Part shown: positions 31,495 through 46,009 of the stretch, in pieces
Layout of the letters: each line of letters starts with the position of its first letter
Numbering within the stretch: position 1 is the stretch's first letter
NCBI RefSeq assembly: GCF_009914755.1
Contig: NC_060932.1
DNA length: 64,000 bases
Reading direction: 5' to 3' (one strand)
Source: the human T2T-CHM13v2.0 reference genome, Homo sapiens
Notes under the pieces: generated by a model
The model's database searches: none
Told to the model about the DNA's origin: nothing
Seen by the model: only the letters and a program-made list of their open reading frames with translations
Position numbers and translations under genes: made by a program

Positions 31495-31806
31495 ATTTAT
31501 TTATTTTTTTGAGACAGGGTCTCACTCTGTCTCTCAGGCTGGAGTGCACTGGCACGATCTCGGCTCACTGCAACCTCCATCTCCCGGGTTGAAGCGATTC
31601 TCCTTGCCTCAACCTCCCCTCAAGGCTCTTAGGAATAACCCTAGCTACTTAACTGTGTGAGTAGCTGGGACTGCAGGCACGTGCCACCATGCCTGGCTAA
31701 TTTTTGTGTTCTTAGTAGAGGCAGGGTTTCTCTGTGTTGGCTAGGCTGATCTTGAACTCCTCAAGTGATCCACCCACCTCAGCCTCCCAAAGTGCTGGGA
31801 TTACAG
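31495..31806 (-). mobile_element. AluS with a 40-bp non-Alu insertion
   Basis: Antisense dimer interrupted at 31619-31658. Confidence 0.9.
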
Positions 31807-32034
31807 ATTTATTATAAATAAATAAGTAAATAAATTCTGAAATTTTTTGTTACATGGTAGGAAGTAGGAGCTTAACTTTGTGAGTTGTTGAACATTGACT
31901 CATAGCATGATATAATGAAAAGACTTAGGAATTTTAGAAAACTTTGCTATTATTAAGACTGTCACTTACAAGCTATGTAACCTAATGTGTTCATTTTGTT
32001 TCTAAAAATTCTGTTTTTCTCATACTTTTGAGTA

Positions 32035-32422
32035 TGTTGGCCAGCCTCTAAATGGCCTTCAAGCATTCATACCTTCTGGGTTCCAACACCCTTCTGTAGT
32101 CCCCTCCCACACTGCGTCAGAGATTATCTGTGTGACCAGTAGATTATGGCAGAAGTGATGGTGTACAAACTCTGAGACTTAGTCATATAGGCATTTCAGG
32201 TTTTGCCTTGTTCTCTTGGAGTACTCACCATGGGAAATCAGCAACCATTGAGAAGACTCTCACAAAGCCCTGTGGCGGGGCACTGAGGTCTCCTCTCAGC
32301 AGCCAGCACCCACCTGCCAGATGTGGATGTGCCCCTCTTGAGTTCTCGGCAATAATGAGTGATTATTGTTATTTTTAGCCAGTAAGTTTCAGAATAATTT
32401 GTTACTCAGCAATAGATAATAC
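32035..32422 (+). mobile_element. MaLR MLT1 LTR
   Basis: Ends with aatttgttactcagcaatagataataca. Confidence 0.65.
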
Positions 32423-32779
32423 ATTGTTTGAGCAGTTTTTAAAAACGGCTTCAGAATGTGGCTCTGAGCTAAATAGAAGTCTGTGAAACATGTTTTCAAC
32501 AAATCCATGATTTATAGAACAGATTACCTAGTTATATACCTACCTCCTCAGAGACTCAAATTGTTCTGTCTCAAATTGCTGTATTAACACTAAGGAAGAA
32601 GGTCTAGGAGGTACAAAAAAATCAGCTTCTGCCTTACAAGAGTAAGTTCCCCTAGGACAGGACTACCTTAATCACTTAGTTTAAATGTTTTTTAAGCACC
32701 TACCTTCTCTCAGTTGCTGAGGATACATCACTGAATTAGTTGGACAAGATCTCTGCTCTGCTAGAGACTTCATTTCATT

Positions 32780-33941
32780 TGGGGAGGTCAACCAAAAAAC
32801 AAAAACATTCTTTTAGTGGTAAGTGCATTGAAGGAAATGAGCAAAGCAGTGGTAAGGAGGTCTCCTTTAGGCTAGTCAAGGTTTGTCCTGCTTCTTCCCC
32901 ATCTACAGTGCCTGGCACACCGTAGGCACTCAAATATTGAATGGATAAATACATCGGAGTTGGTTTGTTTATACTGTGACAGAATAATATCTTTTTCCCT
33001 CTGACACACACATATACAAACACATGTAGATGGGAATTATTTATGTGATTGTCCTTCCAGTTTTATGATCCAAAATGTTATAACTCAATCTTCCATGTTC
33101 AGAATTGTGAAATAATATATACTGTAAACACCCTCCCACTGCAGAATACCTAGGTCCTGGATTGAACAAATCTTTGTGGCGTTGATGATTTTGCAAAAAG
33201 GTAGAGGGCTGTTCTTCTTAAAAAAAAAAAAAAAAAAAAAAGCCAGGAGATGAGGGGGTTGGGGTAAAGAAAACCTCATGAAACAGAATTAGAATAGTCT
33301 GCCATACCAATAGCAGATTTAATGATGCTGAGCTTTTGGCTAATAGCCAGAGAAGGGAGCTGAGCTTGAACTCCTCTAGTCTACACTCTTGGGCGTACCA
33401 TCAAACCACTGTAAAATTAGGACGTATCATCAAACCACTGGTAAAAATTAGCTTAAAATTAGTTTAAGCTAACGTCAGAGAATAAACATAAGGGAACAAG
33501 CCACCATAAGCAGAGGTTGTCCATAAAGAGACAGATTGTAAACATTTGAGCATAAAGGCCGCATATGGTTTCTGTTATTAACTCGCCATTGTAACGTGAA
33601 AGCAGCCATAGAGAATATGTAAATGAATGAGCATGACTGTGTTCAAATAAAACTTTATTTATGAAAAATAGGTAATGGACCAGATTTTTGAGGAGATATA
33701 TTTTAAGAGAGAATGGCTGCAGGTTTTTGAACACTAATGAAAAACATGAGTCCACAGATTCATACTGTCCCAAACAAGAGAGCAAAGAGAAAAGTCATGC
33801 CTGGTGACCAGGTCACTAGGTGACTAGGTCAGGGTTAAACCCTGACTAGCCTAAAGAAGACCTCCTTACCACTGCTTTGCTCATTTCCTTCAATGCACTT
33901 ACCACTAAAAGAATGTTTTTGTTTTTTAGTCTACCTCCCCA
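32780..33941. repeat. 105-bp inverted repeat (arms 32780-32884 and 33837-33941)
   Basis: Ungapped hand alignment 100/105; 952-bp spacer. Confidence 0.95.
33512..33715. mobile_element. MER58A-like hAT relic
   Basis: aaagcagccatagagaatatgtaaatgaatgagcatgactgtgttc motif. Confidence 0.7.
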
Positions 33942-34351
33942 TATCATAGTGAAATGCGTAATACCAAAGACAAATAAATTTAAAAAGCAGCTGTAGAGAA
34001 AAACAGAGTATTTGCAAAAATTTATGAATTAGAATTGCAGAATTAGTAATAAGAGAAGATAGTGGAAAAATATCTTCAAAGAGTTGAGATCATTACCAAT
34101 ACAAAATTATATGCCCAACTAGTCTGTCTTTTGAGGATGAGAATGCAGACATTTACAGATAAACAAAAATGAAAGAATTTACCAAGAAATACACACTAAA
34201 GAGATTTTAAAAGGCTCTTCTTTAGGAATCTATTCAAACAGCTATATATTTTAGGGAGAAGCCAAATCACCAAATTCCAGACACTTGAAATCATGAGAGA
34301 TGACAAGAATGAAATTGAATGTCAGTCAATATAGTTTTCTTCAGATATTGA

Positions 34352-35314
<963 letters not shown>

Positions 35315-36627
35315 CAAAGAAATTTCTGTCCGGTGATTAGTAGTTCTAGATTTTTGTCTTGTCTTTTCTGTACATAGATAACTTGTGAACATATTTATGC
35401 TGGACATTTGGTAAATGGAGAACCTCTCCTCCCTGCCCAAATTTGTTAAATATAGGAAAGATCAAAGTTAAGGACTTCATCAAAAACGTGAAATGTTCCA
35501 TGATTGCAAAAACTGCAGAAAGCCACTGAAGATCAGATGGAAGTATTTGGCCTCAGTTTGAATAATAAAGTGATCACTGATAACTTTCTCTTTTAGTTTT
35601 TATTTTTAAATTATAAATTGACAAATTATAGTTGTATATATTTATGGGGTATGGAGTGATGTTATGATCAATTAATACAATGTGGAATAATTAAACCAAA
35701 CTTATTAACATATCTCACCTCAAATACTTATTTTTTTTGTGATGAGAACATTTAGAATTTTAGCAATTTTGAAATGTACAACACATTATTTACTATGTAC
35801 ATTACATTGTGCAATATCTCCAAGAAACAAAAATTCCTTCTAACTGAAGCTGTGTATCCTTTTACCTTCATCTCTCCATTTCTCTAAGCCCTCACTAATG
35901 ACTATTAATATATAGTCTAATATATAGAAGTCTAATATATCGTTTAATGCATAGTCTAAATATATAGTCTAACATAGAAGTTGAAGCAAAATGACCTTGA
36001 GTTTAAATAAGAACTAGATGTTCTAATAATGGGAAGGAAGTATTTGTCCTTATATAAAAATGATAAACGATTGTCACAATATGTAGCATTTATCGAGCAC
36101 TTATAAACTGTGCCTCAGAAGTGGTGCTAGGGCTGTCTGTATGGTTTTGCATTTGGTCCTCAACACTGTCCCTTTAGTTTGAAGTCCATTGTCTCCATTT
36201 TGTAATTAAGAAACCAAGGCTTAAAGATGTTTGAATAAGTTACTCAATACACAGCCAATAAGTAGCAGAACTGGAATTTGAAACCAAACTTAATCTGACT
36301 CTTGTGCAGAAATTTTGCCTCAACCACAAGAGTCATCTGTGGTACCTTGAGCTGAAAAGCAAGTTTAGACAATTGCTACACTTATTATTTAAATGTATTT
36401 ATATGTTCTCCAAAATTTATAATATGCACAGAAGCAATTAAAGGTGATATTGAAAGCGTGGGATTGAGGGGGAAAGAGGAATTACTTAACTAGTTGTCAA
36501 AGGCATGCAAAGAATTCCTTCCAAATGTCAAGTACTGAATTAGAGTGATTCTTGAAATGTAGGTTTGATTTCTGAAGCATTTTTATATGTGGCAAAAGCT
36601 TTTAAATTAGAATATTCTTCTTTCTAG

Positions 36628-36765
36628 TGGAAAGAGTGAAAGAACAATTAAAACTTTCCTTGGAAAACAAGAATGGCATAGCACAAACTGGTGAATTGAC
36701 AGTTGTGCTTGATGGATTGGTGATTGAGCAAGAAAATATAACAAACTGCAGCTCATCTCCAACCA
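36628..36765 (+). CDS. WWP1: WWP1 exon 6, LERVKEQLKLSLENKNGIAQTGELTVVLDGLVIEQENITNCSSSPT
   Basis: ctttctag|TGGAA...AACCA|gtaagc; 138 nt; ORF track 36627..36860. Confidence 0.97.
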
Positions 36766-36857
36766 GTAAGCTAACTTTATATGTTTGTAAAATTTCAAGG
36801 AAAAAGAATAAGCAAGAAGTATATAAAAACCTAGTTTTTTTCTTTCTTGTTGTTCAG

Positions 36858-36924
36858 TAGAAATACAGGAAAATGGTGATGCCTTACATGAAAATGGAGA
36901 GCCTTCAGCAAGGACAACTGCCAG
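36858..36924 (+). CDS. WWP1: WWP1 exon 7, IEIQENGDALHENGEPSARTTAR
   Basis: gttcag|TAGAA...GCCAG|gtagaa; 67 nt after a 92-nt intron. Confidence 0.95.
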
Positions 36925-38335
36925 GTAGAATATTTTATTTGAATATGGGTGGCGACATGATGTGGAACATATTTCCTGAATAAGAAGTTTTATATTTTAC
37001 CTTAGTTTAGAATTTGCCACACAGTTTAGAAGCTTATGTCTAAGCATGTCATTTGGTTAATTCTTGTGAAAGTAGCTTTTTAAAAAATTACAGCTTTATT
37101 GAGATATCATACATATATCATGAAATTCACTTTTTAAAAGTATACATTTTAGTCGTTTTTAATATATTAAGAGAGTTGTGTTACCTTCTCTACTGTCTGA
37201 TTTCAGAATATTCTACCTTGAAGAGAAACCATGTATATACATGAGTAGTCACTCTCCATTTTTCCCTGCACCCATGAATCTACTTTTTCTGTGTCTGTGG
37301 ATTGTCTATTCTGGCCATTTTCTATAAATGGATTCATATAATATGTGACCTTTTGTGACTGACTTCTTTTTCTTAGCATGTTTCAAGGTTCATTTATGTT
37401 GCAGCATATACAGTGCTTTATTTTTTTTATTGAAAATGGCTTTTTAAAATCTGTATTTAGACATATTTTATGAGTACAGTCAGATACTATGGATAAATAG
37501 GTATCATACCGCTCTCTGGATTGGCATTATCCTGTAAATCATGAGAAGATAAATGCTTCACAGATTGTGGCCTTCCTTCAGACATCATTGTGGCCTTCCC
37601 TCAGACATCATTCTACCATTTCAGAAACTCCCTGGCATTCACAGTTCATGACAATTAATAGAGGTTTTTTGTTTGAAGTAATTTAAATTGGAATAAAATA
37701 ATAGAGCAAATAAAGTAGAATTAACACCTGAAAATATAAAAATATATTGTGGTAAAATGGACTCATTACCTTTGAAAAAGCATGCTAGTATATGACAAAG
37801 TGTGACTTTTATTAATCTATAGTTACTAGTATCGTTTCTTCTAAGTTGCCGTTAAGTGATTCTCATTAGACCACTTGAACAGATAAGTATGCCTTCTGAA
37901 TGTATATTTGGCTTAAGTACATATATTTAATGTCCATATAATTTAAAAAAATTTAGATGGATAGAGGAGCTTGAATTACTACCAAATGTTGTCAATTGCA
38001 TAGTAAGACGCTTTGAATTAAAGATTAGTTCTACAGTACGGGGAGAAATTCAAATGGGTTCTTTTACCTAGACTTCTGAATCACTGATTCTTGCTGGTTG
38101 GCTGGGGAGGGGTATACAAATCACAATCATTTCAGTCTTTACCTGCCCAAACTTCCTAAACACATCTTGTTCCAAATATATAGGCAACAAGGGAAAGGAG
38201 GGTGGGATTCATTAATGTTCATTCAACAGATAGTTACTTAATGCCTGTTTGATGCCAGACATTAGTCCAAGTATTAAGAATACCAGCCCTGATCCCATGA
38301 AATTTACATTCTGATGGGATAAAGGTAGATAGTAG

Positions 38336-38695
<360 letters not shown>

Positions 38696-39563
38696 CTATG
38701 AAGTCATTTAAACAGGACAAGATGACAGGAATGGAAGGGAGCCTATTTTTAAAAGAGATGCCAAGGAATCATCTCTGAGGAGGTATGATTTGAGCTAAGA
38801 TTAATAAGCCACAAATGAACCATCTGTGCAGAGTTCTGAGGGAAGAATGTTCCAGACAGAGGAAACAGCAACTTCAGAGACCCCAAGTTTGTTTACAGTT
38901 ATGTTCTAGAAATTCTTCTAACTCTAGAGAATAATATTTAACCTTTTCTGATAATTTCATAGTTGTATAATTTTACCACCTGGCATATAATAATTTGTAA
39001 TAAACATTTGAAGACTGTTCAGTATGTTTTTGATATTCAGTAAAATCGATTATCTGCTGCAAAGTGAGCAAGGATGAGCTTGGAGAGAAATAGGTTAGAG
39101 AGAAGATGGGATAAAGGTGTGGCTGATTTTCAAAAGATTTGTTGGCTAACCAGGAGAGTGACGTGATGACCTGGTTTATATTTTTAAAACAATGCTCAGG
39201 CTGCTCTGTGGAGAGCAGTTATGGGATGACCTGTGTATTTGGAAAAGCTCTCCTGGTCACTTACATGATAATTTCCAATTGCTTTGAACTTTTTTTGTTT
39301 TTTTTTTTTTTAAACACTGTGTCTCACCAAATCGCCCAGCTCCTTCCACTGCCAATAAGACTTAAAATGTTTGATTTTGTTGTTAGTTATTTATTTGCTG
39401 ATGTATATACTATACATTTTTATAGTTCTGGGGTATAATATTTAGCTTTTTTTGATCATCCTGTAGTCATGATTTTAGTGCCTAGTATATGCTAATTTGT
39501 AACTAATATTTGAAGACTGTTTTTCACTTATTTTTCAAGATTTAATAAAGTTATAATAGTTTC

Positions 39564-39851
39564 AGGCCAGGTACAATGGCTCACACCTATAATCCCAGCA
39601 CTTTGGGGGTCAAGATGGGAGGATCGCTTGAGGCCAGGAATTTGAGACCAGCCTGGGCAACAAAGGGAGATCCAGTCTCTACAAAAATTTAAAAAATTAG
39701 CTGGGCACTGTGATGCACGTCTGTGATCCTAGCTGATCAAGAGGCTGAGGCAGGAGGATTACTTGAGCCTAAGAGGTTGAAGCTGCAGTGAGCCACTGCA
39801 CTCCAGCCTTGGTGACAGAGTGAGATCCTGTCTCTAAAAAAAAAAAAAAAA
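39564..39851 (+). mobile_element. AluJ
   Basis: Diverged dimer. Confidence 0.85.
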
Positions 39852-40304
39852 GTTTACAGTAGTTTATACTTGATTTTTATTTTTATGATTCATATAATTT
39901 CATGAACTTTTTGAAACTACTTTCAGAGCTTTTAAAATAGATTAATATTAGGCTTAAATATTTAAAATGTACAATTTGAATATTATTGTGGGAGACCGTA
40001 TTTATTTTGACTTAGTATGTTTGTATATCTCAGTATTTTTTTATCTGCAGAATGAATACACTTAGAACTGAAAAGTAATTAAAACTTTAATATAAAACAT
40101 GTCATATCTTTGTTCATTACTCTATTTACCTATCATTTTACTTGAAACATAAAAACTCAATTGTTTGGAAATAGAATCTAAAAAATTTTAAAAAAGAAAT
40201 AACAAAAAAGAAACTTAAGAGAATTTAGTAAATCCTATGAAAATTCTCATGAAATGTTGTTGAATTATACTTAAATGATTGAAATAAGGCATTTTTTTTT
40301 CAAG

Positions 40305-40489
40305 GTTGGCTGTTGAAGGCACGAATGGAATAGATAATCATGTACCTACAAGCACTCTAGTCCAAAACTCATGCTGCTCGTATGTAGTTAATGGAGACAA
40401 CACACCTTCATCTCCGTCTCAGGTTGCTGCCAGACCCAAAAATACACCAGCTCCAAAACCACTCGCATCTGAGCCTGCCGATGACACTG
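40305..40489 (+). CDS. WWP1: WWP1 exon 8, LAVEGTNGIDNHVPTSTL...PKPLASEPADDT
   Basis: tttttcaag|GTTGG...CACTG|gtaagc; 185 nt; ORF track 40306..40509. Confidence 0.97.
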
Positions 40490-40532
40490 GTAAGCAAGGC
40501 TATTTATGACACCTTGTTTAAAGGAAAAGTAA

Positions 40533-40956
<424 letters not shown>

Positions 40957-41589
40957 TAACTTTCTGGATTATTTAGGAAGATATTTCAAAAATATTTTAG
41001 AGGTCAGAACTTTTACTGAGCAAGTGCTTATATGAGAGCTAGATTCTTAAGCTTTGCCACAAAAAATACTATGTAATTCATGATATAAAATATATTTCTG
41101 AAAGAACTTTAGTTAATTCATTGATTTCTAAGTAAAAGTGAGTAATGAATGGTTCTTTTATCCCATCTTTCAGTATACAAATTTATTATTCTTGGCATCT
41201 AACTTGGTGGAAAAATGTACTGCGAGTTGAATAGCTCTCAGAAAGTTTATTTTCCAAAAGTAAGCATTACTGTATTATAGAAGGAATGCCTAAGGAAGAT
41301 GTCCTCTATAATCCTTAGTGGACTCATTTATAAGATTCATAAATTGTTTTGTTTGGTCATTGTATATTAACTCTTTCAGGTGAGTCTCCTGAAACTTAAA
41401 CATCTTAGGACGTGTTTAAGATTATTAGCACACATGTTGGGAATTAAGTTGAAATCCTGGTCTTTTTATTCAAGAGCGTATGTTCCTCCCTGTGTTTGTC
41501 TATTTATGGAAGTATTCAGAATTAGAAACATGGAAAGAAGCAATTCAGTAATTACATTAAAATAGATGGATCTTTTTGATAATGAGTCT

Positions 41590-41878
41590 TTTATTTTTTG
41601 AGATGGAGTCTCACTCTGTTGCCCAGGCTAGAGGGCAGTGGCAGGATTTCGGCTCACTGCAACTTCTGCCTCCTGGGTTTAAGAGATTCTTGTGCCTCAG
41701 CCTCCTGAGTAGCTGGGATTACAGGTGTGTGCCACCATGCCCCCTAATGTTTGTATTTTTAGTAGAGATAGGGTTTCACCATGTTGGCCAGGCTGATCTC
41801 AAACTCCTGACTTCAAGTGATCCACCTGTCTCAGCCTCCCAAAGTGCTGGGATTACAGGCGTGAGCCACCGTGCCTGG
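41590..41878 (-). mobile_element. AluS
   Basis: Antisense dimer. Confidence 0.9.
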
Positions 41879-42317
41879 ACAGTAATAAGTCTTAATTGTG
41901 TATTTTTACCCAAGGTTGGTGTTTGGGGAGATGTTTACCAAGAGCTGTCTGAGAGTTTTTGTAAACATTGAGAACTGACACATGAATGATATTTTCAAAA
42001 TTTAATTTCTTTAATAATGCTCCCCTTAAAAAAAAAAAAAGAAGTAGACTAAAATACGGTTTCCCAAGTACTCACAGTAGGTAGAATTTTTTAGTCTTAA
42101 TTTAAGGTGGCTAGAAAACAAAGAGAAGAATAGATACAATTATGGTGAAATTAATGAGCAAAGTTCATGTATTTTCTGATTTTCACCTACTTTCTGGTAA
42201 GAACATTTGTCTCTGAGATTCCTATTAGCAAAGCAGAAAAGGAAATATTGTCTTGGATTATTCAGATTATTTCTAAATTAAGAACAGACTAGTTAAAACT
42301 GCTACTATTTCTAATAC

Positions 42318-42556
42318 AGGTGGAGTGTCTCTAATCTGAAAAATCTCAAATCTGAAATGCTCCAAAATCTGAAACTGTTTGAGCATTGACATGATGCTGA
42401 AAGGAAATGCTCGTTGGAGCATTTCAGATTTTGAATTTTTGGATTAGGGATGCTAAACTGGCAAGTAAAATGCACATATTCCAAAATTTAAACAAATATC
42501 TAAAATCTGAAACATTTCTGGTTCCAGGCATTTTAGATAAGGGATATTCAACTTGA
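42318..42556. mobile_element. Tigger4a/MER46-like DNA transposon relic
   Basis: caggtggagtgtctctaatctgaaa...gggatattcaacttg; internal inverted motifs. Confidence 0.75.
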
Positions 42557-43816
42557 ATATGGATTTGGAGGTTTTGATCTTATTCCTAAAATATTCAGCT
42601 GATGGAATACATTGGTGAAAGTATCCATTGACCACTAATTAGTTGTATGTTTTGGCATTTGGATGTATTCAGATGTTGATATAAAAAGGAGACGAAATTG
42701 AGGCTTTCCTCATCATAGAATCTTATTTATACCTCTACAGCTTGTCTGATACTTTATAGATTCTTTCCATTGGTAATAAGTTCAGTTCTCGCATTTCTTT
42801 CTTATTTATTCTTGCCTAAAATTTTAAGGTAAAAATAAAATGGATGTGAGGAACATGAAGGTTCCATCATAAATAATTCTCATGACATTCATAGTAACTG
42901 TAAGGAAATCTATGACAATCGGAAAAATAGTGATAATAGCTCATATTTGTGCCCTGCATGTTCTAAATAGTATATATCCATTAACTGATTTATCTCTCTC
43001 ACAGTAACTCTTTGAAATAGGTGGTAGTATTTTTCCTTTTCTCTGATGAAGGAACTGAGGCACTGAGAGGGCACAGCTAGGAAGTAGAAGAACTGTAATT
43101 GACATTCCGCTATCTGGCTGTTGATTCTGTGCACTTTGCCTTCTTCCTATTCATTTTGATGTGTGTGGTTTTTATAGGATCTCAAAGCTATGCTGTTCAT
43201 CTTTTATACTGCTAGGCTTCACACAGCATTCCCCTAGCCTTTTCACCACCTCTGATTATTGCTAGTGACATCTGACAAAACAATCTAACTGTCATCATTC
43301 TATTGGCCGGTTTACAGAGGCTTCCGGAACCTGCTCTGTTGGTAGCAGCCATTTAACTGATGTCTTTTTGTATGATTGTTCATCACTTAATAAAGGATGA
43401 ATTCAGGTATCTTTTCAAGGAGTGGGTAATCCCTGTCCTTTTAAGGTGTTGGTATAAGATGGCATTACTTTTTCTAATTAAGGATTTCAAAAATTAGCTT
43501 TTGTTTTTGGAGATGGGATAGGGGTGTGCATATTCTATGTGTAACATAATTAAATGCTTTTAATCTCTTAATCTGCAGTTCCACAATCTTGAAATCTCTG
43601 AAACCAAAAGGATTTTTTTTTTTTTTTTTTTTTGGTAAACTCATTTGATGGCAAAATGACTAGAACTGATGAAAGGCTATTTATGGTTCTTATTTATCAT
43701 GGCTACTGTGCATATCTCTACATTTCGCTGCAGAAATATTAATGTATTTAATCACGATGTGTGGCCCCTAAACCTCCTCCAGGCATAGTGTAATATACAA
43801 TATATATGCCATTACC

Positions 43817-44118
43817 TTTGTTTGTTTGTTTTTTTGAGACAGGGTCTTGCCCTGACTTCCAGGCTGGAGTGCAGTAGCACCATCATGGCTCACTGTAGCT
43901 CTGACCTCCTGGGCTCAAGCGATCCTCCTGCCTTAGCCCCCTGAATAGTTGGGACTATAGGCATGTGCCACCATGCCTGTCTAATATTAAGATTTTTTGT
44001 AGAGATGAGGTTTTGCCATATTGCCCAGGCTAGTCTCAATCTCCTGGCCCCAAGCAATCATCCCACCTCAGCTTCCCAAATTGTTGGGATTACAGGGGTG
44101 AGCTACCATGTTGTCCAC
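43817..44118 (-). mobile_element. AluJ inside a MER46C-like relic (about 43570-44205)
   Basis: Antisense Alu with Tigger-like flanks. Confidence 0.75.
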
Positions 44119-45649
44119 TGCTACCTTTCTAAATTCCAAAGAAAGTTATGAATTCTGGAACACACCTGGCACTTTGAGGTTTCAGATTAGGAATTGTGGG
44201 TCAATACTAAGGGGTTTAAGACAAACGATATATTTCTGTCAAAGACATTATTATATATGAGGGCTTCCACCTCCCCCACCTCCTGTTCTTTTGAAGCTTG
44301 AGTAAGGGGATCCATCTGACGGTTTAGTTGCTATGAAGATTGGCAGGTATTCCAGGTTAAAATGGGAGGCAGTCATGATGTAGTAAAAAGATTAGATTTA
44401 GCTTCTGACAGGAGGTAACGTGGTGTCTCAGCTCAACCACTTGCCATGTTAACTCTGTAACCTTGGACAAATTGAACATCCTCAAAATTTATGAAAAGAG
44501 GATAATATGCGACTACCTTATAGGACAGTTTTGGAGGTTAAATGAGATAATCTAAAACATTCATAATAGTCCTTGGAGAGTGGTATTTAAGAAAAATATA
44601 TTCTGTTCCACTTTGTTCCTCTGGTCATAACTTCTAGTGTCAAATAACTTTTTCTAATATATAGTTGTTATTTTATTAATAAAGTAGATCAGAGCTCAGT
44701 ATGGTGAGTTTCAGACAGAAGTACATGATATCACAAGTTTATTATATTTTTTTCTTAGCTCTTTATTCTGAAGTAATTATAAATAAACAGAAAGTTGCAA
44801 AGAAATGTATGGGAAGGTCCCATGCACCCTTCACCAGCCTCCTCCAGTGTTAACATCTTGTATAACTATTTTGTACAAAATCAGGAAATTGACATGAATA
44901 CAACCCATACAGCTTGTTCACATTTCACCATTTCTACCTGTGTGTGTATGTGTGTGTGTGTGTTTCTATACAGTTTTGTCACACATATGGCTTCATGTAC
45001 CACCAGTTCAATCCAGGTACAGAACTGTAGCATCACCAGAAGACTCCCTCATGATGTACCCTCTTTAAAGCTACATCCACTCTCAAGTGTGAACTGAATG
45101 TTAAAGAAACTTGCTGTGTATATGCAAGCAGTCATTTCTCATGTCATAGTTTTAAAATGGAGTAAAAATGGTATTCACTCTAGTATTTCTACTTTTTTCT
45201 TCTTTATTTGAATGTACTTTTAGGGTGAGGACAAATACGTGGTGCTTTGAGATGGATATACCATAAAGTTCATGTGAAACTTAACCTCTCAAAGATTAAA
45301 CATGAAGTTAGGAAGCTATGTCTTGTAACCCAGAAGTCATAATGGCTGAAAGTAAGGCTTGGGAGATGTTCATTCAGAACCCAAGTCAGTGGGTGTGGTC
45401 TTATGTCTTGTGGAGATGAGATGGTTTGCATAAGCTTCTGCTATCATAACTATTACATAAGATTTTAATTTTTTGCCCCGTGTTTCTGCATGAGCAAGGA
45501 GCCTACCATCCTGTCCTTCCTCTTTCCTTTTCCTTTCCTTCTTTTTTCGGTTTTATCTGTTCAATCTTTCTTATATCCATTTGTCAACAGATGTTTATTT
45601 TGCAACTACCATAGGCTGCACACTGCCAGGTGGATGGGCACATAGGTAT

Positions 45650-45885
45650 CAGAGTTTCTCAATTTCAGCACTGTTGACATATTGGCCCAGGTAATTCTTT
45701 GTTGTAGGGGGCTGTCCTGTGCATTATATTAATAGAATGTTTAGCAGTATTCCTGATCTGTATCCACTAGGTGCCAGTAATATCTTACCTTCTCCTAGTT
45801 GTGATGACCAAATGCATTTACAGACATTACTAAATGTCTTTGGCGGTGGGGAGAGCAGAATCTTCCCTAGTCAAGAACCATTGAT
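45650..45885. mobile_element. MER20 hAT relic
   Basis: cagcactgttgacatattggcccaggtaattctttgttgtagggggctgtcctgtgcatt. Confidence 0.8.
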
Positions 45886-46009
45886 ATATATGAACAGTAA
45901 TCTCTCCAGTCAAATATTATTGTGGCATCTTAATGCGGTTCTGAGCAGTATTGAAGAACCAACATTTGTTGAATTATTGAATAGAAATAATTTGTTTCTA
46001 AGAGTTTTT

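Noticed and set aside
33394-33451. Short tandem duplications (also 23127-23178, about 57965-58012 and about 63905-63970)
   Set aside because: Ordinary slippage duplications with no sign of function.
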